Under the pieces are notes generated by a model. That model did not search any database, was not told the DNA's origin, and worked only from the letters and a program-made list of their open reading frames with translations. Below, piece after piece: positions 56,436-64,000 of a stretch of DNA of 64,000 nucleotides; the stretch's first letter is position 1; each line of letters opens with the position of its first letter. The position numbers and the translations under genes are program-made. The stretch covers positions 8,765 to 72,764 of the forward strand of contig CAYRCL010000010.1 of the NCBI GenBank assembly GCA_964422795.1. Direction: 5' to 3'. The DNA comes from an uncultured Chloroflexota bacterium (GTDB taxonomy: Bacteria; Chloroflexota; UBA11872).

Positions 56436-57076
56436 TGTGGCGGCTCTTCGACAGTCACACCGACCGCGGATTCCTGCTCAGCCAGTGCACTGGTGCTCGG
56501 ATCATCGGAGACAGCAGCAGCATGTACACCGTCGGGATGTTCGCCGGCTTCCACCCGTCGGGCTAATACGATTGCTCCAATTGTAGCTGCGGTCAGCATG
56601 ACGCTTGTTGCGAGAAATGGAAGTGTGTAGTCGTTGAACAGTGCTACTGCGAGGGCATGGGCGCTGCCACCGAGTTCGGAGACAGTGGATGGTGGGAATG
56701 CACCTTTTATCGATGGACTAATCTCGGGTGTACCGATGCCGATAACAACGGCCTCCGCGGCAAGCGTTAGAGCTAGAGGGAGGCCAAGCCAAAACTGTCG
56801 ATGGGTTACACGTTCTCCGGGTAGCAACCGCAGATCCAACATCATTAGTGTAAAGAGAAATAACACAACGATTGCTCCGCCATAGATCGCTATCTGAGCT
56901 ACGGCGAGAAACCCCGAACCCAGAATGACGAATAGACCTGCGACGTGGAAGATCACAACAACTAGCGAGATAGCGACGTGCACGGGATGTCGCATGGCGA
57001 TCATGGCGACACCTGCGGCCACGGCCATAATCGCTAGGTACCAGAAGGCGAGGGTTGTCTCGATGTTCTCAGCCAC
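56432..57076 (-). CDS. nuoJ: NADH-quinone oxidoreductase subunit J
   Basis: Hydrophobic NuoJ-like core. Start moved to GTG 57076, overlapping the nuoI stop, because the track ATG 57163 would overlap nuoI by 95 nt. Confidence 0.85.
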   Translation of the reverse strand: MAENIETTLAFWYLAIMAVAAGVAMIAMRHPVHVAISLVVVIFHVAGLFVILGSGFLAVAQIAIYGGAIVVLFLFTLMMLDLRLLPGERVTHRQFWLGLPLALTLAAEAVVIGIGTPEISPSIKGAFPPSTVSELGGSAHALAVALFNDYTLPFLATSVMLTAATIGAIVLARRVEAGEHPDGVHAAAVSDDPSTSALAEQESAVGVTVEEPPQ

Positions 57077-57560
57077 GTTCGAACCAATTCGCGATCGTTG
57101 TGCCAGGTCCAATGTTTTTTTGTTCTGTTTCTCTATAGGTTTGGTCATGCTCGTAAAGCTCAATCATCTTCATGCCGTCTATGACGAGGCCTCGGCGATT
57201 TTCGGTGACGAGATGGAAATTGTGTGTTCGTTGTAGTGCGTCAACCGGACAAGCTTCGATGCAGAAATAGCAGAACACACATCGACCGACGTCAAAGATG
57301 TACCGGTCGACGAAGCGTGTGCCGTCTGTGTTTTCGTGCGTATCCACGCGGATGACATCGTTCGGGCAAGCTGTTTCGCAGAGGCCACACCCTACGCACG
57401 TCATCCCTCCAGTCACATCGTCGCGTCGCATCCCCACCTGCCCTCGAAAGCGGTAGGCGATATCTCGTACTTCTTCCGGGTACATGACGGTTGCCGGTTT
57501 GCGCTGTCCGACCATGAGCACCATCTTTAGTCCCTTGAGAATTCCAGAGCCTAAGGGCAT
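57069..57560 (-). CDS. nuoI: NADH-quinone oxidoreductase subunit I
   Basis: Two 4Fe-4S motifs, CVGCGLCETACP and CVFCYFCIEACP. Confidence 0.93.
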   Translation of the reverse strand: MPLGSGILKGLKMVLMVGQRKPATVMYPEEVRDIAYRFRGQVGMRRDDVTGGMTCVGCGLCETACPNDVIRVDTHENTDGTRFVDRYIFDVGRCVFCYFCIEACPVDALQRTHNFHLVTENRRGLVIDGMKMIELYEHDQTYRETEQKNIGPGTTIANWFERG

Positions 57561-57565
57561 ATGCG

Positions 57566-58567
57566 TTAACTCCAGATGATCCGCAGGCCAGCGGCCAACA
57601 CGAGATTAATTGCCCCAATAGGGATCAGGAGCTTCCAGCAAAAGTTCATTAATTGGTCATATCTGAATCTTGGAAATGTGGCTCGAAAGAGGAAAAAGAC
57701 GAATACAAAAGCTAGCGTCTTGAGGAGGAACCAGAAGACGCCGCTGAGCCCTTCTACCCCTGGTATTGTCCATCCGTTCCATCCGCCGAAGAAGAGTGTC
57801 GTGACGACTGCTGACATAAGAAGAATGTTGGCGTACTCGGCCATGAAGAAAAAAGCCCATCGCATTCCCGAATACTCAACGTGAAATCCTGCTACAAGCT
57901 CGGATTCAGCCTCCGGCAGGTCAAACGGTGCCCGGTTCGTTTCTGCGACGGCAGCGATCAGGAAGAGCATGAATCCGATAAATTGTGGGACGACAAACCA
58001 GAGCCCCTGTTGCGCGTTGACGATTCCAACTAGACTAAGCGTTCCGCTGTAAATCACTACGGAAAGTACACCGAGTCCCATCACCAGCTCGTAGCTGATG
58101 ACTTGTGCTGTTGCGCGCAATGCGCCGAAATGAGCGTACTTGCTGTTGGAGGCCCAACCGGACATCACAACCCCGTATACGCCGAGGGACCCCATTGCTA
58201 GGAAAAACAACACACCTACGTTTAGGTCTGCAATCCAGAGTCCTACTTCGCGGCCAATCTCTACGGTTGGACCAAATGGGACAATTGCCCATGCGGCCAT
58301 TGCTGGCATCACCATCATGACTGGAGCGAACCAAAAAAGCACCTTGTCGGATCCGGCTGGGATCATGTCTTCTTTGATGCCAAGCTTGAGTCCGTCTGCG
58401 AGAGTTTGGAGCCATCCACTCCAGCCGACTCGATTTGGTCCATATCGAGACTGGAGCCTTCCTAGGATTTGCCGTTCAGCGAGAACCAAAATTAGCGGGG
58501 CTCCCGCAAACAAAACAAAAATGGCCAGCACTTTTGTTATTAGGATTACCCAGGCCCAGACGTCCAC
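57566..58567 (-). CDS. nuoH: NADH-quinone oxidoreductase subunit H
   Basis: AERQILGRLQSRYGPNRVG, ETNRAPFDLPEAESELVAG. Confidence 0.94.
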   Translation of the reverse strand: MDVWAWVILITKVLAIFVLFAGAPLILVLAERQILGRLQSRYGPNRVGWSGWLQTLADGLKLGIKEDMIPAGSDKVLFWFAPVMMVMPAMAAWAIVPFGPTVEIGREVGLWIADLNVGVLFFLAMGSLGVYGVVMSGWASNSKYAHFGALRATAQVISYELVMGLGVLSVVIYSGTLSLVGIVNAQQGLWFVVPQFIGFMLFLIAAVAETNRAPFDLPEAESELVAGFHVEYSGMRWAFFFMAEYANILLMSAVVTTLFFGGWNGWTIPGVEGLSGVFWFLLKTLAFVFVFFLFRATFPRFRYDQLMNFCWKLLIPIGAINLVLAAGLRIIWS

Positions 58568-58569
58568 AG

Positions 58570-61005
58570 CTAACCCTTGCTCACTCGAACAGAAGCACCA
58601 TCGGGCGATCGTGGATCGAGCTTCTGCGGTGCTGCCTCTAGGAAGCGATCGGGCAGACTGACCACACCGCTGGGCACACGTTGAGCTACCAGTGCCTTGA
58701 GGTTAATTTCACCGGATGCAGAGGCTACCAGTACTCGGTCACCGTCCGTGATCTTCATCCGCTCGGCATCTTCGGGGTTTAGCTCAGCTACTGCTTCAGG
58801 AAGCATGACGCTTAGGCTCGGTGCGTGTCGGGCAGCTACCCCAGCGGTATACAGGTGTTGTTCGGTTGCCAATATGAATGTATTTTCGTCGTTTTCAGAG
58901 ATCAGTGGCCGGTCAATTTCGACTGCTTTACCCGATCCAGCAAGCGATGGTGGGGTCGAGAGGTCTGCCAGTTCTGCTGTGATGGGTTCTTCACTACGCC
59001 AACCGAAATCGGTGCCCATAGCAGCTGCGATGCGCGCTACGATTTCCCAATCTGGCCTTGCTTCGCCGATTGGTGGAATTGCGGCCTCAAGTCGGCCCAG
59101 CCGGCCTTCAAAGTTTGTGAAGTGTCCACCTTTTTCTGCGAATGAGGCGGCGGGCAGTACGACGTCAGCGACATCGGTTGTGCCGTTCATAAAGATGTCT
59201 TGCACGACTACTAAGTTTGCGTTGGTGAGCGCAGTGCGTGTCGTTTGTGAATTCCAGGCTCCACCAACGATGTCTTCGCCCATGACGAACAGCGCCTGCA
59301 TGGGTCCACTTGCAAATTCATCGAACGGTAGACCTGGAGTGGGATCGATGTCGGAATCCCAAGCCGTTTCGACCTGCTGACGCGCTTCCAAATCTAGTAA
59401 GGGTCGAGCGCCAGGAAGTAAGTCCGGTGCCATTCCGACTTGAAAGGTTCCAACCGTGTTAGCACGCTCCGGAAGCGGGAACAGCTTGACGTTGCTTTGG
59501 GTTAAGGCGAGGTTTGCGGCTGCTTGTGCAATCTGGCTGGCTTGGTCGAGCGTCCAAATGCCTGTGTCCCAGACAACCGCCACCGAGTCGGCTTGGGCAA
59601 CCGTTTGCTGAATCTCTTCGAACGCTGTCGGCGTAATTCCTGTTAGGGCCTCAACACTGTCGTTGGTCGGTTTAGCCAATGCATCGAGAAAGGAAGCCTC
59701 GGATTTTGGCCGCACTCTGGCAGTGGCCGTTGCAAACGCATCGAGGCCACTGGCGAGCCGTGTCACGACGAGCAGTTTGCGTTGATCGTCGCGTGCTGCC
59801 TGTTTTATGTGGGCTCCAAGTACATTGTGTGTCTGTCCGATGTCGGCCCCAACGACAAGGATGACATCTGATTCCAGCAGGTCTGCCTGCGTGTGTGGCC
59901 CAGTGTCACTGCCCAGTGCTTGGCGTAATGTTCGCGCTGTAGTGTGGAGCCCTTTGTCCTGGCTATATACGTTATTCGTGCCCAATACAGCTCGGGCAAA
60001 TCGCTGTAGTGTGTAATTGTCTTCGTTCGTCGTGTTTGGGGATCCGACCACGCCGATGGCGCTTGCCCCGTGCGTGTCCAGAACGTGACGAAGTCCTTTT
60101 GTGACGAAGGCGATAGCCTCTTTCCAGCTCGCTGGTTGCAATACGCCACCGCGCTTGATCAGCGGTTGTGTGATGCGTTTGTCACTGTTTACGAAAGAGT
60201 TTCCGAAGAAACCCTTTGCACAAAGAATTCCTCGTCCGGGTTCCTCTAGGCCGTTAGTGCGTGTACGCACAACAGTTCCGTGACGGGATTCCACTAGCAG
60301 CGAGCAACCGACTGAGCAATGTGGGCAGGTAGAGGGGGACTTTTCGGTTTGCCAACTACGGGCGGCGTGTTTGAACGGTCGGCTCAGTAATGCGCCGACC
60401 GGACAGGTCTCGATGCACATTCCGCATCGCTCGCAGTCCATGAAATCATGTTGGGCAGGCGCTATGAACGTCCCAATACTTCGTTCGACGAAGTCCAAGG
60501 CGTGAACGCCGATTTGCTCATCGCACATTCGAACACAGCGTCCGCAGAGAATGCAGCGATTGTGATTGATGAGGATTACTTCGTTAAGGATCTCCTCTGG
60601 GTGTGCTTTCGGTATTGTTTCGTAGGGGCTTTGGTGAATCTCTTGGTCGAAAACCTCGTCCTGTAGTTCGCAGGTTCCTGCTTGGTCACAATAAGGGCAA
60701 TCGAGCGGATGATGTTGAAGCTGTAATTCAATTACGTGCTTCCGAACATCCTTGATGGCTTGGCTGTTAGTGACTACGGTCATACCGTCGGCGGCCGGCG
60801 TTGTACAAGATGCTGTTGGACGTGGTGGTCCAGGCTGTACTTCAACTACGCACATCCGGCACGCGCCATAAGGCTTCAATCGGGGGTCCGTGCACAAGGT
60901 CGGGATTTCGACGCCGATTGATTCGCAAGCTTGGAGGACTGTTGATCCAGCAGCGACTTCAACCTCATATCCATCAACAGTGAGGGTGATAGGGTCTTGG
61001 TTCAC
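58570..61005 (-). CDS. nuoG: NADH-quinone oxidoreductase subunit G (2Fe-2S/4Fe-4S + molybdopterin-like domain)
   Basis: 811 aa. N-terminal 2Fe-2S ferredoxin-like domain (LCTDPRLKPYGACRMCVVEV), HHPLDCPYCDQAGTCELQ, CILCGRCVRMC, then a molybdopterin-oxidoreductase-like body. GTGA overlap with nuoD. Confidence 0.88.
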   Translation of the reverse strand: MNQDPITLTVDGYEVEVAAGSTVLQACESIGVEIPTLCTDPRLKPYGACRMCVVEVQPGPPRPTASCTTPAADGMTVVTNSQAIKDVRKHVIELQLQHHPLDCPYCDQAGTCELQDEVFDQEIHQSPYETIPKAHPEEILNEVILINHNRCILCGRCVRMCDEQIGVHALDFVERSIGTFIAPAQHDFMDCERCGMCIETCPVGALLSRPFKHAARSWQTEKSPSTCPHCSVGCSLLVESRHGTVVRTRTNGLEEPGRGILCAKGFFGNSFVNSDKRITQPLIKRGGVLQPASWKEAIAFVTKGLRHVLDTHGASAIGVVGSPNTTNEDNYTLQRFARAVLGTNNVYSQDKGLHTTARTLRQALGSDTGPHTQADLLESDVILVVGADIGQTHNVLGAHIKQAARDDQRKLLVVTRLASGLDAFATATARVRPKSEASFLDALAKPTNDSVEALTGITPTAFEEIQQTVAQADSVAVVWDTGIWTLDQASQIAQAAANLALTQSNVKLFPLPERANTVGTFQVGMAPDLLPGARPLLDLEARQQVETAWDSDIDPTPGLPFDEFASGPMQALFVMGEDIVGGAWNSQTTRTALTNANLVVVQDIFMNGTTDVADVVLPAASFAEKGGHFTNFEGRLGRLEAAIPPIGEARPDWEIVARIAAAMGTDFGWRSEEPITAELADLSTPPSLAGSGKAVEIDRPLISENDENTFILATEQHLYTAGVAARHAPSLSVMLPEAVAELNPEDAERMKITDGDRVLVASASGEINLKALVAQRVPSGVVSLPDRFLEAAPQKLDPRSPDGASVRVSKG

Positions 61006-62234
61006 CGGTCCACCTCTCCCAGGACAATGTCAACGCTGCCAATGATGGCCACCACGTCTGCGATAAGAGCGCCGACGCTGATCTCTTCTATGATGCTCAA
61101 ATTCACGAATGATGGTGATCGCACATGGCATCGATATGGTTTTCCAGTGCCGTCACTTACAAAGTAAAAGCCTAGTTCTCCCTTTGGATTCTCGATTCCG
61201 AAGTACGCTTCTCCTGGTTCTGGTTGGACTCCATGCATTACCAATTTGAAATGATTGATCATTGCTTCCATATCGACCGGAACCCTGGTGATATCTGGAG
61301 CTACGACCTGGGGCATATCGACATTGGTGGCCGCATCTATTGGGAGCTTGCGCAACTCGGCTAGACACTGGCGGAGAATTCGGCATGACTGATACATCTC
61401 GTTCAGTCGTACCAAGTACCGGGCGTACACATCACCTTCAGTGAATACGGGAATCTCAAAATCCAGCAGGTCGTACGCAGCATAGGGGTTAGTTTTCCGT
61501 AAATCCCACGCAACACCCGATCCGCGCATCACTGGACCGGTCAACCCGTAACTAAATATCTGCTGTTGGGTGATTAACCCGACACCGCGGGTGCGTTCGA
61601 TAAATATTTCGTTTTCGGTAACCAACTGGTCAATCTCATCCAGTGTGTAGCCGTCCAAGAAGTCTTCGAGGTTGTCAAGCCAGTCGTTGCCGATGTCGTG
61701 CGGTCCAGTTCCGCCAACGCGCATAAATGACGTGGTCATACGGGCTCCACAGGCTTGCTCAAACAAGTACAGGATTTTTTCTCGCTCCCGTAGTGACCAT
61801 AGGAAGGCTGACATCGCCCCGATGTCAAGTGCGTGAGTGCCTAGCCAGATATGGTGTGATGCGAGGCGCGATAGCTCTGCGACCGCACTACGTAGATACC
61901 GTGCGCGAAGAGGAATTTCATCGGTGATACCCATCAGCTTTTCGATGGCCATTAAATAGCCCATATTGTTTGACGGGCCAGCTGTGTAATCCATTCGGTC
62001 GGTTAGCGTGATGCCTCCCCGATAATCGTGGACTTCGAGTAGCTTCTCGACACCCCGGTGCAAATACCCCATGTCAGCTTCACAACGAGTAACTTCTTCG
62101 CCGTCCAGTTCGATAAGAAGTCGAAGAACACCGTGTGTGCTCGGGTGCTGTGGCCCAAAGTTCAGCGTCATTCGCCCGTCGCCCGTGTGTTCTGTATCCA
62201 TTCGAGGTCCGGCTACGTTCGTCTCGGACGTCAT
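61002..62234 (-). CDS. nuoD: NADH-quinone oxidoreductase subunit D
   Basis: MTLNFGPQHPSTHGVLRL, LHRGVEKL and C-terminal DIVLGEVDR. ATG 62234 gives an ATGA overlap with nuoC. Confidence 0.94.
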   Translation of the reverse strand: MTSETNVAGPRMDTEHTGDGRMTLNFGPQHPSTHGVLRLLIELDGEEVTRCEADMGYLHRGVEKLLEVHDYRGGITLTDRMDYTAGPSNNMGYLMAIEKLMGITDEIPLRARYLRSAVAELSRLASHHIWLGTHALDIGAMSAFLWSLREREKILYLFEQACGARMTTSFMRVGGTGPHDIGNDWLDNLEDFLDGYTLDEIDQLVTENEIFIERTRGVGLITQQQIFSYGLTGPVMRGSGVAWDLRKTNPYAAYDLLDFEIPVFTEGDVYARYLVRLNEMYQSCRILRQCLAELRKLPIDAATNVDMPQVVAPDITRVPVDMEAMINHFKLVMHGVQPEPGEAYFGIENPKGELGFYFVSDGTGKPYRCHVRSPSFVNLSIIEEISVGALIADVVAIIGSVDIVLGEVDR

Positions 62235-62806
62235 TTGTCCGCTTCTTCCGTCACACCGGACCAAAAGTCATCTGGATCCAGATCGCCAAACATATCGTTG
62301 CGATGGGCATCCTCAGGAAAATTTGGACCTTCGACGGGGTATTCCTTACGTAACGGATGACCCTCATAACCATCAGGCAGGAGGATACGTTGCATGTTCG
62401 GGTGGCCTTTGAAGTAGATGCCAAATAGATCAAACACTTCACGTTCCAGGTAGTTTGCAGAGGCGTAAGTCGAGGTTGCTGAGGCGATATGTTCACCGTC
62501 TGCAATTCGGGTGGATACACGTGTGTAGAGATTGTTTGTGATTGATCGAAACTGCCAGATCACCTCGAACTCTCGATCTTTTTCGAGCGGCCAGTGAACC
62601 GCTGTGACATCGATCAGTTGTTCAAGTTTCAATTCTGAATGATCCCGTAGTGTTAGGAAAAGTTCGGGCAGCGCGTGAGGATTCACCTGTACCAGCGGAT
62701 CTCCATGGTCAATCCGACCAGCCTGATGTTCGGAACCCGCTGCAATCTTTACTAATTCCAGAATTTCAGGTGCGGTGAAGCGGGGCTTTGATGCGGCGTG
62801 TAACAC
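62231..62806 (-). CDS. nuoC: NADH-quinone oxidoreductase subunit C
   Basis: 191 aa. ANYLEREVFDLFGIYFKGHPNMQRILLPDGYEGHPLRKEYP. Confidence 0.92.
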   Translation of the reverse strand: MLHAASKPRFTAPEILELVKIAAGSEHQAGRIDHGDPLVQVNPHALPELFLTLRDHSELKLEQLIDVTAVHWPLEKDREFEVIWQFRSITNNLYTRVSTRIADGEHIASATSTYASANYLEREVFDLFGIYFKGHPNMQRILLPDGYEGHPLRKEYPVEGPNFPEDAHRNDMFGDLDPDDFWSGVTEEADK

Positions 62807-62809
62807 GGG

Positions 62810-63172
62810 TTATCGATTCCAGTCGAGTGCGCCGGTACGCCACTCATAGATGAACGCTACGCCAAGCACCGCCAGGAAGACTACACCCGAGATAAAAAGA
62901 GAAATGGGTTCATCGACCATATTGAAGTAGAGAGCCCAGGGATAGAAGAAGAGCAACTCGACGTCGAAAAGCAAGAAGGTAACCGCGACTAGATAGAAGC
63001 GAATATTATGTCGGCCACGTGCGTCAGAGACAGCAGGCATGCCGGACTCATAGGCTTCTACCTTTGCCGCATACTTCCGACGGGGCTTGAGGAGTATTGT
63101 GCCGAGTAGGCTTCCCACTGCGAAAAGGAAGGCTACTGCCATAAGCAGGACGACGGCGACCCAGCTAGGCAT
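62810..63172 (-). CDS. nuoA: NADH-quinone oxidoreductase subunit A
   Basis: 120 aa. YESGMP, RFYLVAVTFLLFDVELLFFYPWA. Confidence 0.93.
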   Translation of the reverse strand: MPSWVAVVLLMAVAFLFAVGSLLGTILLKPRRKYAAKVEAYESGMPAVSDARGRHNIRFYLVAVTFLLFDVELLFFYPWALYFNMVDEPISLFISGVVFLAVLGVAFIYEWRTGALDWNR

Positions 63173-63289
63173 CCATGACCTTCGTCACTGTCCGAGCGCG
63201 CTTTGCGTGGAAAGGGTCACTCTAAATCCCCCCTTGACCTTACTGCTTTGTTCGAACCACTACGGAGCGTTGTACACGCAACGACGTGC

Positions 63290-63307
63290 TAGTGATTTTT
63301 TCACGAA
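63290..63307. promoter_or_regulatory. weak candidate Rex operator between rex and nuoA
   Basis: TAGTGATTTTTTCACGAA contains inverted GTGA/TCAC half-sites in an A/T spacer. The spacer is one nt shorter than in the remembered consensus TTGTGAA-N4-TTCACAA. Confidence 0.25.
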
Positions 63308-63316
63308 CCCGGGCCA

Positions 63317-64000
63317 TCATACGTTTCTGTTGGAATGCTCGCGACCCCGAATTCTCTTGGCTAGGACATGGGATTGCTTGCTCAAGGTGTATGAAAGGTA
63401 CTCAACCTCCATTGCAAGGTCGACATTTGACAGCTCGACATGTGCCGGGACGTGAAGTTGTTTGGGTGCGAAGTTAAGTATGGCTTGAATACCAGCTGCC
63501 ACTGCTTGGTCGACAACGGCCTGTGCGGTTAGCTCGGGTACAGTAATGATCGCGATGTCGATTCGTTCAGTGGATACCGTCATGGCTAGATTGTCGATGT
63601 TCTGAACATTAATACCATTGATCGATTCCCCAATCACGGCGTGGGAGTTGTCGAACGCTGCCACCAAGTCGAAACCCTGCTCAGTAAATCCTCGATAGGC
63701 AAGCAGTGCACGTCCTAAATTCCCGACGCCAATTAGGCCAATGTTCCAGCCCAGGGTTATTCCGAGGATGGATGCGAGATGATTCTTCAATGGGTGTACG
63801 GCATAGCCCACGCCACGTTTCCCAAATGAACCGAAGTATGCGAGGTCGCGACGTACTTGGGCCGCGGTAAAACCGGTGAGCTGAGAAATCAATTCTGATG
63901 ATTGGTTTGTTGAACCGTCCTCATCCAGTGCAGTAAGTACACGGTAATAGGTCGAGAGACGTCTAATTGTGGTGGGCGGAACGGTGCGCTCTTTGTGGTT
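63317..64000 (-). CDS. rex: redox-sensing transcriptional repressor Rex, 5'-partial (N-terminus beyond the right edge)
   Basis: The frame is open from the track start (63892) to nt 64000, encoding ...TIRRLSTYYRVLTALDEDG..SSELISQLTGFTAAQVRRDLAYFGSFGKRGVGY (winged helix) followed by the Rossmann motif LIGVGNLGRALL. Confidence 0.9.
   Translation of the reverse strand, partial: NHKERTVPPTTIRRLSTYYRVLTALDEDGSTNQSSELISQLTGFTAAQVRRDLAYFGSFGKRGVGYAVHPLKNHLASILGITLGWNIGLIGVGNLGRALLAYRGFTEQGFDLVAAFDNSHAVIGESINGINVQNIDNLAMTVSTERIDIAIITVPELTAQAVVDQAVAAGIQAILNFAPKQLHVPAHVELSNVDLAMEVEYLSYTLSKQSHVLAKRIRGREHSNRNV

Noticed and set aside
1-64000. CRISPR arrays, IS elements, integrases, prophage or defence-system genes
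   Set aside because: No direct-repeat/spacer periodicity was noticed. No ORF has transposase, recombinase, nuclease-ATPase defence or toxin-antitoxin hallmarks. Essentially all long ORFs are explained by housekeeping or metabolic families.

Overview
Gene-dense chromosomal window: about 68 protein genes and one tRNA. I found no rRNA, CRISPR array, transposase or integrase.

Layout:
- 1-9.6 kb is an accessory-looking oxidoreductase/carbohydrate cluster. It holds three Gfo/Idh/MocA dehydrogenases (two in tandem, one cut by the left edge and absent from the ORF track), a TIM-barrel sugar isomerase, an MFS transporter, an SDR, and two tandem catalytic-domain-only MetE-like methyltransferases.
- 9.6-51 kb is housekeeping, in an order reminiscent of the Firmicutes/Chloroflexota 'ylo/ylb' clusters: glyQS-recO, three tandem CNNM/CorC genes, tRNA-Gln, ispE, ybeY, yqeY, rpsU, then rpmE-DUF1385-prfA-prmC-gmk-priA-def-fmt-rlmN-rpe, rpmB, yloV-recG-rsmD-coaD-DUF177-rpmF-fabD-fabG-accC-nusB-tatC, lepB, rsmG, fabH/fabF, accB-bioY-acpP. 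The lineage guess is inference only.
- 51-64 kb is rex followed by a complex I operon, nuoA-C-D-G-H-I-J-K-L-M-N.

I do not see a self-contained novel system such as a defence island. The signals most worth a second look are:
1. Three unrelated genes (a CorC paralog, ybeY, a coiled-coil gene after coaD) have homology-supported N-termini upstream of any ATG/GTG/TTG. Each begins at a Shine-Dalgarno-spaced ATC GAC, suggesting recurrent AUC initiation.
2. A WecA/MraY-family gene is interrupted by two in-frame stops with no frameshift.
3. PriA has degenerate Walker A, DExH and motif VI while its Cys-rich zinc region is intact.
4. The nuo operon lacks nuoB, nuoE and nuoF but keeps nuoG, with rex directly upstream.

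All calls rest on reading the translations and DNA by eye. No HMM or BLAST searches were run.
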